A stretch of 54,556 bases of DNA from a virus (taxonomy: Duplodnaviria; Caudoviricetes), in IMG/VR virus record IMGVR_UViG_3300001538_000003, positions 1 through 54,556 of that record. One strand, written 5' to 3'. The position numbers were made by a program, and so were the translations under genes. Shown piece after piece: positions 46,222 through 54,556 of this stretch. Below the pieces are notes generated by a model that was not told the origin of the DNA, did no database searches, and saw nothing but the letters and a program-made list of their open reading frames with translations. The stretch's first letter is position 1. Each line of letters opens with the position of its first letter.

Positions 46222-47226
46222 GTGGCAGATAACGTGGCCGTAACCCCTGGCTCTGGCGCGGTCGTCCTTGCCGATGAATTGACGGACGGTGTGCTCGGCA
46301 CGGGTGTCGCGCAGATGATGAAGGTGATGGATGGCACGCTCGGATCGTCAAACAAAGCCATCGTCAATTCGCTGGGGGAGTTCGCGACGTACGAGCCGGA
46401 TACGGTTGTCACCGGCACCATCACCACCACTGACATTGTGGTGGGCGCCCCTGCGGGCGCGGGTGCTTTTGTCACGGGCGCGAGCACCGCTGGCTCGCTC
46501 GTGTTCGCACTCTCGCAGGGTGGCGATGCGACGTGGACCGTGCAGATCACCGGCCTCACAACGGGCACGCTCTACTTCGAAGCGTCCGCCGATTCGACGA
46601 CGGGCACGGATGGGAACTGGATCAACGTCAACGCGCGGCGGGTGGGGCTTCTGACAACCACAATCGCCGCGAACGCCACCGCGAACGGCTTTTACAGGGG
46701 TAACGCATCGGGTATCAAGTATTTCCGCGTGCGGTCTGTCGGCACGCTCACGGGCACACCCGCGCTCATCATCCACTTGGGCGATGGCGCGGACGCTGTG
46801 TTTATCAACGATGCGCTACCGCTTGGGACGAACACGATCGGCGCGGTGCAGCTCGGGTCGAGTACGGGCAAGACGACGCAGAAGGCGCTGGGCGTGCTCG
46901 TGACGACGGCGGTGACCGCTGATCAGGTCATCGCGACGGTGACGGTGACGACGGGCAAGACATTCTATATCGTGGGCTTCGATGTGACCGTCTACACGAC
47001 GACCGTGGCGGCGACGATCTTGAATTACGGCGCGGTCTCGCTTGAGTTGCCGAGCGGTACGAAGGTCTGGACGCAACAGATGATCGGCCCCGGCGTCGAT
47101 CGCATTCAGGTCGTGGTGAATGAGTCGCTGTTCGGCACGACCGCGCAGGTCGTGCGGCTCGTGGTGACGCCTGCCGCGACGACCTCGTTTACGTGGCGCG
47201 GTAGCATCGTCGGCATCGAGAAATAG
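46222..47226 (+). CDS. Beta-rich virion structural protein
   Basis: MADNVAVTPGSGA; Thr/Gly/Val-rich; GGAGG RBS. Confidence 0.6.
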   Translation: MADNVAVTPGSGAVVLADELTDGVLGTGVAQMMKVMDGTLGSSNKAIVNSLGEFATYEPDTVVTGTITTTDIVVGAPAGAGAFVTGASTAGSLVFALSQGGDATWTVQITGLTTGTLYFEASADSTTGTDGNWINVNARRVGLLTTTIAANATANGFYRGNASGIKYFRVRSVGTLTGTPALIIHLGDGADAVFINDALPLGTNTIGAVQLGSSTGKTTQKALGVLVTTAVTADQVIATVTVTTGKTFYIVGFDVTVYTTTVAATILNYGAVSLELPSGTKVWTQQMIGPGVDRIQVVVNESLFGTTAQVVRLVVTPAATTSFTWRGSIVGIEK

Positions 47227-47245
47227 GTAGCATGGAGCAAGGCGC

Positions 47246-49501
47246 ATGAGCCTACTCCTGCTCCTCCGTAGCACCGCGTCGGCGACCGTCCTCGTCGTCG
47301 CGCCCGCGCTCCTGCTTGACAACACCACGCGCGCGGATTCCACCACCCTTCCCGGCTCGCCGCAGACAGGCGGGCCATACGTGCTGTGGAATAGCACGCT
47401 CTGGGGCATCGCGTCGAATAAGCTCTACAATCCCGCAGGCGATGTCGACGCCGCGCTCGTCTATAATCTGGGCGTGGCCGATCAAGATGTCTGGGCGACG
47501 ATGAGCACCAGCGACATCACGCTGTCGCAGGGCGTGCTGTTGCGCGGCACGAGTGCGTCGAACTTCATCGCGATCACGCACGACGCCATCAATATCTATT
47601 TCCTGCTCGAGACCGGACCCCTCGCGCACAGCATCGCTAACACCTTCCCATATACGTTCACGAATGGCGTCGCGTACACGCTGCGCGCGACCGCGATTGG
47701 GAACGTCATTACGGCCTATGTGAATGGGGCGCTGATCGGGAGTTACACGCTCACGGGCGCGGACATCACGCGCTACGTCGGCACGTTCGCGGGCATCTTC
47801 TCGAATACCGACACGGTTGGAAGGTTCACGAATCTTCGGGCGAGCGGTGCGCCCACAGGCGTCAGCGTCACGGACGCCATCGGGTCCGTCACGGTCACCA
47901 CGGGCGGCACCTCAGTCACCGTCACGATCTCGGGCGTTAGCGCGACGAGCGCCATAGGCACAGTCACGGTCGTCGTCATCGCGTTGCCCTCCGGGGTAAG
48001 CGCCGCGAGTGCGATCGGCGCGGTCACCGTCACAGCGGACGCCCGCGCGCCGCCTGTGGGCGTTTCTGTCACATCAGCGATCGGATCCCCGACTGAAATA
48101 GTCACCGCCCTTCCCTCGGGCGTCGCTGCGACATCGGCGATCGGCACGGTTGCGATCAGCGCTGGCGATGTGCTCACGCCTGCCGGTGTGTCCGTCGCGT
48201 CCGCGATCGGCAGTCCTACGAAGATCGTCACTGCGCTCCCTGCAGGAGTGGCGGTCACGAGCGCGATAGGCGCTCCGACGATCGTCTTGGGCGTCACCGT
48301 GAGCCCGTCCGGTGTCGCAGCGACATCGGCGATTGGCGCACCCACGAAGATTGTCACGGCGCTCCCCGCAGGCGTGGCCGTGGCGTCTGCGATCGGAACA
48401 GTCGCGATCTCAGCGGGCGATACCATCACGCCCAGCGGTGTGAGCGCGGCAACGGCCATCGGCACGCCGACAGAGATCGTGACTGCGCTCCCCGTCGGCG
48501 TTGCTGTCGCGTCGAGTATCGGCGTCGCGACAGTCACGGGAACAGGCACCGTTGCGCCGAGCGGGGTCTCCGTTGCCTCTGCGATAGGCACACCCACTGA
48601 AATCGTGACGGCGCTGCTGTCTGGGGTGGCGGTTACATCCGCCATCGGCACGCCGACGGAACTTGTCGCGACGCTCCCATCGGGCGTCAGTGCGACCTCC
48701 GCGATAGGGACTTCTATCAAGATCGTCGCTGCGACGCCTACGGGCGTCCAGGCCGCGACTGCGATAGGCACCGTCACCATCACGGCCACCGCGAGCGTTA
48801 CGCCGTCAGGCGTCAGCGTCGCGAGTGCCATTGGCACGCCGGTCGTCACCGTGGCCGCTGTCGTCTCGGGCGTGAGTACGTCCACGGCCATCGGCCTACC
48901 GACCGAGCGCGTCGTCGCACTGCCATCAGGCGTGCAGGCGACGGGGGCTATTGGCGCACCGAGCGTCCTGACGGGCGGCAACGTCACCGTCGCAGCGACG
49001 GGCGTTGCAGTAGCGTCAAGCGTGGGCACGCCGACGGGCCGCGTCACCGCACTCCCGCTGGGCGTCGTCACTACCTCGTCAGTCGGTGCGCCAACAGAGA
49101 TAGTCATCGCGCTTCCGCTCGGCGTGAGCGTCGCGGGTTCGGTTGGCTCAGTCAGCATTGTAACCACCACCAACGCCACCATCACGCCGAGCGGCGTGCA
49201 GGCTCAGGCCTCCGTGGGGACGCCAACGGAAGCGGTGAGCGAGGTCGCTTCGGGAGTCCAAGCGGCGAGCGCTATCGGCGCACCGAGCGTGCGTGGCGCT
49301 GCCAGCGTTGCGCTCTCGGGTGTGCAAGCGGTAGGGACGGTTGGCACCGTCAGCATCTCGACGAGCGGCAGCACGACGGTCACGGTGGTGGGTGTGGCCG
49401 TGACTGGCGCGATAGGAACAGTGACGATTCCGAGCGCCGTGACGAGCGCACCGTTCGCGGACAGCCAAGCGATGCTCGCGCTCTATCGTTCGGTGCGATA
49501 A
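47246..49501 (+). CDS. Fibre-like protein: N-terminal lectin-like domain plus many ~20-aa repeats
   Basis: More than 20 copies of P.GV...SAIG. Confidence 0.7.
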   Translation: MSLLLLLRSTASATVLVVAPALLLDNTTRADSTTLPGSPQTGGPYVLWNSTLWGIASNKLYNPAGDVDAALVYNLGVADQDVWATMSTSDITLSQGVLLRGTSASNFIAITHDAINIYFLLETGPLAHSIANTFPYTFTNGVAYTLRATAIGNVITAYVNGALIGSYTLTGADITRYVGTFAGIFSNTDTVGRFTNLRASGAPTGVSVTDAIGSVTVTTGGTSVTVTISGVSATSAIGTVTVVVIALPSGVSAASAIGAVTVTADARAPPVGVSVTSAIGSPTEIVTALPSGVAATSAIGTVAISAGDVLTPAGVSVASAIGSPTKIVTALPAGVAVTSAIGAPTIVLGVTVSPSGVAATSAIGAPTKIVTALPAGVAVASAIGTVAISAGDTITPSGVSAATAIGTPTEIVTALPVGVAVASSIGVATVTGTGTVAPSGVSVASAIGTPTEIVTALLSGVAVTSAIGTPTELVATLPSGVSATSAIGTSIKIVAATPTGVQAATAIGTVTITATASVTPSGVSVASAIGTPVVTVAAVVSGVSTSTAIGLPTERVVALPSGVQATGAIGAPSVLTGGNVTVAATGVAVASSVGTPTGRVTALPLGVVTTSSVGAPTEIVIALPLGVSVAGSVGSVSIVTTTNATITPSGVQAQASVGTPTEAVSEVASGVQAASAIGAPSVRGAASVALSGVQAVGTVGTVSISTSGSTTVTVVGVAVTGAIGTVTIPSAVTSAPFADSQAMLALYRSVR

Positions 49502-49563
49502 TGCTATTGTGTGCTAGGTGCGCTATTATTCGGTAGGCGATACCATCTTGGGAGGGCGAGACT

Positions 49564-51936
49564 ATGGGCAGTCGCGGAAGCGGACGGATCGGACGGATGC
49601 AGGCGGCGTTCGACGGGCAGCGGCAATCGCTCATCGCTGGCCCCGTCGTGCCGCCAACGTTACCCGCGTTCGCCAATATCGTCTTCATGGGCGATTCCGT
49701 GACATCGGGCCGCGTCGCGATCGATGCGGGGTCACCGGGTTTCGTTGATCTTGTCCGCAAAGCAACCCAGCGCGTACGTGGCGCAACGCGGGGCGAAGGT
49801 GTCGTCCTCGCGTGGAAGACGCGCTACACCTACGTCGGCACCTGGACGAATAGCGCGACCTACGGCCCGTTCGCGGGCGTCGTCGGCACTGATGCGACAG
49901 GCGGCGCGCGGAAGTCAAGCGTGGCCGCGTCCACGGCGTCGGTCGTCTTGAACGGCGACAGCTTCGACATCTATTACGTCACCGATGCGACGACGGCGGC
50001 GTTCACCGTCACGATCGACAGCGACACGCCAGTCAGCGTGGGCGGCGTCAGTGGCTCGGCGGTGTTCGCGAAGGCGACGGTTGCGCCGGTGAGCGGGCTC
50101 TCGGGCCAGCACACGGTCAAGATCACGTCGCCCGCGTCTGGCGCGGTCATCTTTTGGGGGATCGCGCCGCGGGCCTTCACTGGCGGCGCTCAGATCCATA
50201 ACGTCAGCCTCTCAGGGACGAACTCCGCGAATGGCACGACAGGCACCGTCGCGAGCTGGTTGCCATCGATGGTGCCCGATCTCTCAGTCTTCGCGTTTGA
50301 GATCAACGACTACTTGGGTTCCGTGTCGATTGTGACGTTCACGGCGAACGTCACGACGCTTATTAACGCGGCGAAGCTCACGGGTGCCTTCGCGCTTATC
50401 GCGACGAATGCACAAATCACTGTCCTCACGCCTGCTCAGAGCCTCTATGTTGCCGCGCTATCGTCGCTTGCCACGTCCCTCGGCGGGGCGTTCTATACCG
50501 ACATCTTCAATCGCTGGGGTGGGACGAACGCGGCCGGCGTCGCGCTGGGCTTTATCTCAGGCGACAACATACACCCGACGCTCGCTGGCCACGTGGATAT
50601 GGCGATCGCAGTTGACGCGGCGATGGCCGTCGCGGAGCCGCCCGCCCGCCCACGCTATGGCGTCACGAACGTGCCGGATGCCGAGTACGACTTCGCGATG
50701 GCCCCCGACCTCGCGCAAGGCGTCGGCGGAAAGATCGGCAACCTACCCGACGCCAACACGGTGCTCCTGCCGCTGCAGATAACGGGGAGTTCTGGCACCG
50801 CTGCGACGTATCAGACATCGGTGTTCTCTGGCGGTGCGGGCCGATTCGACGGTGCTGGGAGTATCAATCAGAACGTGTGGGCAAAGCTCCGAAACGTAAC
50901 AAAGTACACGCTGTTTATGGTCTACCGAACGTCGAACATCGTTCAAGCGATACAGGGCGTGGGGAGCGACACGAACAGCGGCTTCGGACTCCAACTCACG
51001 CCGACGGGCATCCAGGCGCTTGTGACGACGACCGGCATCTTCGGGCAAATCCCGTACTTCGCCGACACGTACGCTCACGTCATTGCGATCCAGTACGATG
51101 GCACGCAGACGGGCAACGCGCTCCGGCTCCGCGTCTGGCTTGACGGGAATCTCTTGCCTATGACGTACTCCGGGACGATCCCCGCTACGACAAGCAACGC
51201 GAGCGACCCAAGTCTCATTCTCGGCCAAATCGGAACCAATTTCTTTACCGGCGATCTGGCCGAGGCGCCGCTCGTCTACGCGGGCGCGAACGCGCTCAGC
51301 GATGCCAATCTCGCCACGGTCATGGCCGCGCTCAACACGCGCTACGGGATAACCGCGTACAGCAACTACCAAGTCGTCGACTATTTCACTCGCGCCGACA
51401 GCGCATTGACGCTCGGCACACCGTCCGACAAAGGGATCGCGTGGACGGCGCAGTCGGGGACATGGGGCATCACGTCAAACACCGGCTATTCAGTCACGGG
51501 CGCCAACGGGAATACCGTGACGACCGCGCTCACCACTCCTGCCTCGTCGATGGTGGGCACGTTCGTCACCGACGCGATTAGCACACACGTCCACGGGTTT
51601 CTTCCGCGCTGGGTCGACGTGAACAACCGCCTCATCGTCGGCTTCTTCGGTGGGTCGTGGTCAATCACGACGGTCGTTGCTGGCGCGGTCAATACCCGCG
51701 CGTCTGGCGTAATCAGTAACGGCGTGCCCACGTCGGGAGCGGCGAGCTTCTACGCGACCGTCACTGTCGTGAGCAACCTCGTCACCGTCACTGTCAACGG
51801 CGTCTCGATGGGCTCCTACACACTTGTCGCTGGCGAGATTACCGCGTTCGGCGCGAATACCAACGCTGGAATATTCCTGTCGTGGACGAGCGGCACAGCG
51901 ACGGCAGCCACGTTCGATAACGTACGCATTGCATGA
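49564..51936 (+). CDS. SGNH hydrolase plus LamG/lectin-like domain protein
   Basis: FMGDSVT, EIND, DNIHPT..GH; YAHVIAIQYDG...LRVWLDG. Confidence 0.75.
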   Translation: MGSRGSGRIGRMQAAFDGQRQSLIAGPVVPPTLPAFANIVFMGDSVTSGRVAIDAGSPGFVDLVRKATQRVRGATRGEGVVLAWKTRYTYVGTWTNSATYGPFAGVVGTDATGGARKSSVAASTASVVLNGDSFDIYYVTDATTAAFTVTIDSDTPVSVGGVSGSAVFAKATVAPVSGLSGQHTVKITSPASGAVIFWGIAPRAFTGGAQIHNVSLSGTNSANGTTGTVASWLPSMVPDLSVFAFEINDYLGSVSIVTFTANVTTLINAAKLTGAFALIATNAQITVLTPAQSLYVAALSSLATSLGGAFYTDIFNRWGGTNAAGVALGFISGDNIHPTLAGHVDMAIAVDAAMAVAEPPARPRYGVTNVPDAEYDFAMAPDLAQGVGGKIGNLPDANTVLLPLQITGSSGTAATYQTSVFSGGAGRFDGAGSINQNVWAKLRNVTKYTLFMVYRTSNIVQAIQGVGSDTNSGFGLQLTPTGIQALVTTTGIFGQIPYFADTYAHVIAIQYDGTQTGNALRLRVWLDGNLLPMTYSGTIPATTSNASDPSLILGQIGTNFFTGDLAEAPLVYAGANALSDANLATVMAALNTRYGITAYSNYQVVDYFTRADSALTLGTPSDKGIAWTAQSGTWGITSNTGYSVTGANGNTVTTALTTPASSMVGTFVTDAISTHVHGFLPRWVDVNNRLIVGFFGGSWSITTVVAGAVNTRASGVISNGVPTSGAASFYATVTVVSNLVTVTVNGVSMGSYTLVAGEITAFGANTNAGIFLSWTSGTATAATFDNVRIA

Positions 51937-51943
51937 TACGCAC

Positions 51944-52093
51944 TCACTTCCCTCGCCGAATGTCGCGAATCGCGAGCGCGCTCCCGATCGCGAAGCAGAT
52001 GAGCGCGACGATGAGCCACGTCGGCCCAAGCCATCGGTACACGAGCCACAGGGCGAGCGCGGTGGACGCTACGAGTAGGACGATGCGGAGCAT
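51944..52093 (-). CDS. Small antisense 2-TM membrane protein (49 aa)
   Basis: MLRIVLLVASTALALWLVYRWLGPTWLIVALICFAIGSALAIRDIRRGK fills an intergenic gap. Confidence 0.55.
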   Translation of the reverse strand: MLRIVLLVASTALALWLVYRWLGPTWLIVALICFAIGSALAIRDIRRGK

Positions 52094-52132
52094 GACCGCG
52101 AAGCTACCGCGCGCCGCGCGGGCGGGCAACTC

Positions 52133-52564
52133 GTGAGCAGTGCCGTCATCGGCGAGTTCAACGTCAGCGTCAGCGTCGTCAACGTCGACGGCCTGACCGC
52201 GCGCTTGGAACGCGGGGGTAAGAAAGCCCGCCAAGCCATCCTCGACGCCGTCGGCGAGTCGGCGGCACGGCTCGAATCGCGCACGATCGATCTTGCCCCA
52301 AAATTGTCGGGGTATATGGCGGAACACGTCAGAACCGATTTCTCGAAAGGAGGATTCATCTTCGAGACGGGCTGGGACGCGACGGACTTCGAGGGCACGA
52401 CTGACGCCAACGGCCATCCCCGCAGCTTCTACCCGTTCTTCGTCGAGTTCGGCACGAAGCACATGGCCGCGCAGCCGTCGCTCTCTATCGCCTATGCCGA
52501 GGAAGAGCCGCGCTATAAGGCCGCGCTATCGGAAGCGATGCGGAAGGCGCTCGACGACTTATGA
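52133..52564 (+). CDS. HK97 gp10-like tail completion protein
   Basis: LAP..SG.M...YPFFVEFGTKHMAAQPSL..A. Confidence 0.85.
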   Translation: MSSAVIGEFNVSVSVVNVDGLTARLERGGKKARQAILDAVGESAARLESRTIDLAPKLSGYMAEHVRTDFSKGGFIFETGWDATDFEGTTDANGHPRSFYPFFVEFGTKHMAAQPSLSIAYAEEEPRYKAALSEAMRKALDDL

Positions 52565-52989
52565 CTGCCCACGCCTCGCAGCTCTGGCCGGTGAACATCG
52601 CACTCGTCACGGCGATTGAAGCCAACGGCCCGCTCACCGCGCTACTCGCCACCCCTGGCGTGTTCAACACCATCGTGCCACCGAACAGCGCGCTACCCTA
52701 TTGCGTGCTGAGTTTCGCGACGGAACTCGCAGACAACGTACACGGCCAGTACGGGACGACCGCGAGCCAGCAAATCGACATCTGGGGACGGAACGCCACG
52801 GAACTCGGCAGCTCGCAAGTGCTCACCATCTGGGGCGCGCTGTATGCCCTGCTCCACGAACAGCCGCTCACGGTCACGGGCTTTCGAGTCGTCATCGGCA
52901 CGCTGTCACTTATCGCGCTCACGCCCGATCAGGACGGTGAGACCATTCACGCTATTTCGAGATACCAGGTCACATCGAGGCAAACATGA
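52561..52989 (+). CDS. Tail terminator (DUF3168-like)
   Basis: LPYCV...QIDIW...ALLH..PL.V.G...D..T.H. Confidence 0.75.
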   Translation: MTAHASQLWPVNIALVTAIEANGPLTALLATPGVFNTIVPPNSALPYCVLSFATELADNVHGQYGTTASQQIDIWGRNATELGSSQVLTIWGALYALLHEQPLTVTGFRVVIGTLSLIALTPDQDGETIHAISRYQVTSRQT

Positions 52990-53000
52990 GGTAACCACAA

Positions 53001-53273
53001 ATGACGGACGACGAACGCGCGAAGGCGCTGGATGTGCTGATTCGCCAGGCGGTCTCGCTTGGGGCGCTCGCGGATAGTATATTGCGACAGTGTGAGTTAC
53101 TGCGCGGCGAAGGTACGCCAGCGCAACGCACTCCGAACGTGAACGTGGACGCACCGCGCCAAAGCAAGAAGGGCGCGAGTGCGGGGCAGAGCGACAAGAC
53201 TCCTGAATCGAGCGTGTTGGATCCGCCTCGCTTCGGACGAGCAAGCCCACCACCACGACCGTCGGAGGCGTAG
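53001..53273 (+). CDS. Hypothetical protein
   Basis: GAGG RBS. Confidence 0.5.
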   Translation: MTDDERAKALDVLIRQAVSLGALADSILRQCELLRGEGTPAQRTPNVNVDAPRQSKKGASAGQSDKTPESSVLDPPRFGRASPPPRPSEA

Positions 53274-53276
53274 CAC

Positions 53277-53795
53277 ATGGCACCCAAAGCATCAGCGGCC
53301 CGCGTCGAGGACGCCCACGACGCAGAAGCCCTCATCGAGTCCACCCAGCATATGCTCCGAACGGGCAAAGATGCCGGAGTGGGCTACGTCGGCACGATGT
53401 CACCCGAACAATCGACCGCTGAGGAAGCGCGGTTGCACGCCATCGTTAATAGCGAAGCAGATAAGCTCTATCGGCCAAGCGTTAGCGTCCCTATGGGGCG
53501 CGACCCCAACGCCGATGTCTCGATGTTAGAGGATGACTCGCCGCTGCCCCTCGCCTCGCGTGTGGGGTCACGGGCAGTCGAGCATCCGCGTGCTCGCACG
53601 GCGAGCGCGATGCACGACCAGCTCCGTGGCAGAGCGCCGTCCGACCTCACGGCGGATGAGCTCTCGGCCCTCGCGGAGAAAGTCGGGCTGCAGGTCGAGG
53701 AAGGCACCGGCGCGAATGGGGCCGTCCTCAAATCCGACTTTGTGCAGGCGATGGACGCGCTGGGCGCGGCTCACCCGCCCCGCCCTGCCGCGTGA
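53277..53795 (+). CDS. Hypothetical protein with C-terminal HeH/E3-binding-like motif
   Basis: LTADEL..LAEKVGL...GTGANGAVLKSD. Confidence 0.55.
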   Translation: MAPKASAARVEDAHDAEALIESTQHMLRTGKDAGVGYVGTMSPEQSTAEEARLHAIVNSEADKLYRPSVSVPMGRDPNADVSMLEDDSPLPLASRVGSRAVEHPRARTASAMHDQLRGRAPSDLTADELSALAEKVGLQVEEGTGANGAVLKSDFVQAMDALGAAHPPRPAA

Positions 53796-53834
53796 AGTCT
53801 GCGCGCCATTTGAGAGGAGTCTGGGAGGTAACAC

Positions 53835-54281
53835 ATGGCACTCGGCGTAGTGATGTTGGGCTCGGCTGCGGTTATCAGCGCCGCACCCAACACAGGCACC
53901 GAAGCAGCACCCGTCGCCGGCACGTATGCGCCGGTCTCGGATCTCAACACCATCAGCAAGAACTCGACGCGCAACGTCGCCACGTTCGGCGTCTTTGGCC
54001 GGGCGACGAGCTATAGCGTACCTGGCTCGCGCGATCAGTCGTTCGCGCTGGGTGGATTCATTTCCGTCGGTGACACGGGGCAGGCAACGCTGCTCGCGGG
54101 CGAGGCGGCGAATACCACCGTGTTCGTCAAAGTGCAATTCGACGGAACGAACGGCTTTACGCAGGCGGTCAAGTGCGGCTCGCGGACATTCAGCATGACG
54201 CCGGACGGGCTGCAGCAGATCACCTTCGCGCTGTCCTCGGTGGCCGATCCGGTCATCTCGGGCACGGGACCGCTGCTCTAG
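53835..54281 (+). CDS. Major tail tube protein
   Basis: 148 aa, beta-rich, DTGQATL; upstream of the chaperone; GGAGG RBS. Confidence 0.75.
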   Translation: MALGVVMLGSAAVISAAPNTGTEAAPVAGTYAPVSDLNTISKNSTRNVATFGVFGRATSYSVPGSRDQSFALGGFISVGDTGQATLLAGEAANTTVFVKVQFDGTNGFTQAVKCGSRTFSMTPDGLQQITFALSSVADPVISGTGPLL

Positions 54282-54373
54282 GATTTGCTCGCGCAGGAAA
54301 CGCGGCTCGCGCGCACACGCCAAGCGTGGCGCGCGGGACCGCACCTACCGTTCCTCCATTGGAGAACAGGGAT

Positions 54374-54556
54374 ATGTCAGACGAACAGGAAACAGACAAG
54401 GCGATATACAATCCGGCAACCGGCGCTTACAGCTACGCCGGCATCGATGGGCCCCTGACGCTTGAAAACGGCGGTGCACCGCAGAAGCGGCGACTGACCG
54501 GCGCGGATGTTCGGAAGGCACGCGACCTCAAGACCGAGGACGTGTTCGTCGAGGAG
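54374..54556 (+). CDS. Tail assembly chaperone, N-terminal part (continues at window start)
   Basis: MSDEQ...RDLKTEDVFVEE stays open to the window end. Confidence 0.75.
   Translation, partial: MSDEQETDKAIYNPATGAYSYAGIDGPLTLENGGAPQKRRLTGADVRKARDLKTEDVFVEE

Larger units (their letters stand above)
1..54556. mobile_element. Temperate tailed (siphovirus-like) bacteriophage genome, circularly permuted, apparently near-complete
   Basis: Terminase, portal, capsid, tail tube, 1596-aa tape measure, lysis, repressor/Cro, integrase and intact attP are all present; no host housekeeping genes; the two ends join within one gene. Confidence 0.95.

Noticed and set aside
47246-51936. Diversity-generating retroelement or invertible tail-fibre shufflon
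   Set aside because: No reverse transcriptase, TR/VR pair, invertase or inverted crossover sites seen
1-54556. Stop-codon reassignment
   Set aside because: Core genes are full length in the standard code, and TAG, TGA and TAA all terminate genes

Overview
The window appears to be an essentially complete, circularly permuted ~54.6 kb temperate, GC-rich, siphovirus-like phage genome. The tail-chaperone ORF runs off the right end (from 54374) and resumes at base 3. Almost all genes are on the + strand. Gene order: tail chaperone, tape measure and tail tip (1-10.1 kb); lysis (10.2-14.7 kb); divergent repressor/Cro switch (14.7-15.7 kb); Bet recombinase, replication, nucleases and methyltransferase (15.8-21.7 kb); accessory enzymes (papain-like protease, beta-helix lipoprotein, SNase; 21.7-24.7 kb); small early genes, Xis, tyrosine integrase and attP (24.8-28.9 kb); small cassette-like genes and a putative glycosidase (28.9-34 kb); tRNA, terminase, portal and capsid (34-44.3 kb); a 7.6 kb fibre/adhesin block; neck and tail tube. 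The most notable observations are: (1) an attP core (3' half of tRNA-Met) inside the integrase gene, whose catalytic motifs are non-canonical; (2) small gene cassettes next to attP joined by a conserved ~35 bp junction encoding 'TDxxKKEEAM-stop/start'; (3) an in-frame repeat-spacer array ('DEP' repeats with unique spacers); (4) an initiator-like tRNA(CAT) with a 6-bp anticodon stem and non-canonical loop; (5) a frameshifted CI-like repressor; (6) a dispersed 14-bp operator-like motif often paired at 22 bp; (7) a possible one-gene spanin. All calls come from motif recognition by eye and gene context; no database searches were run.
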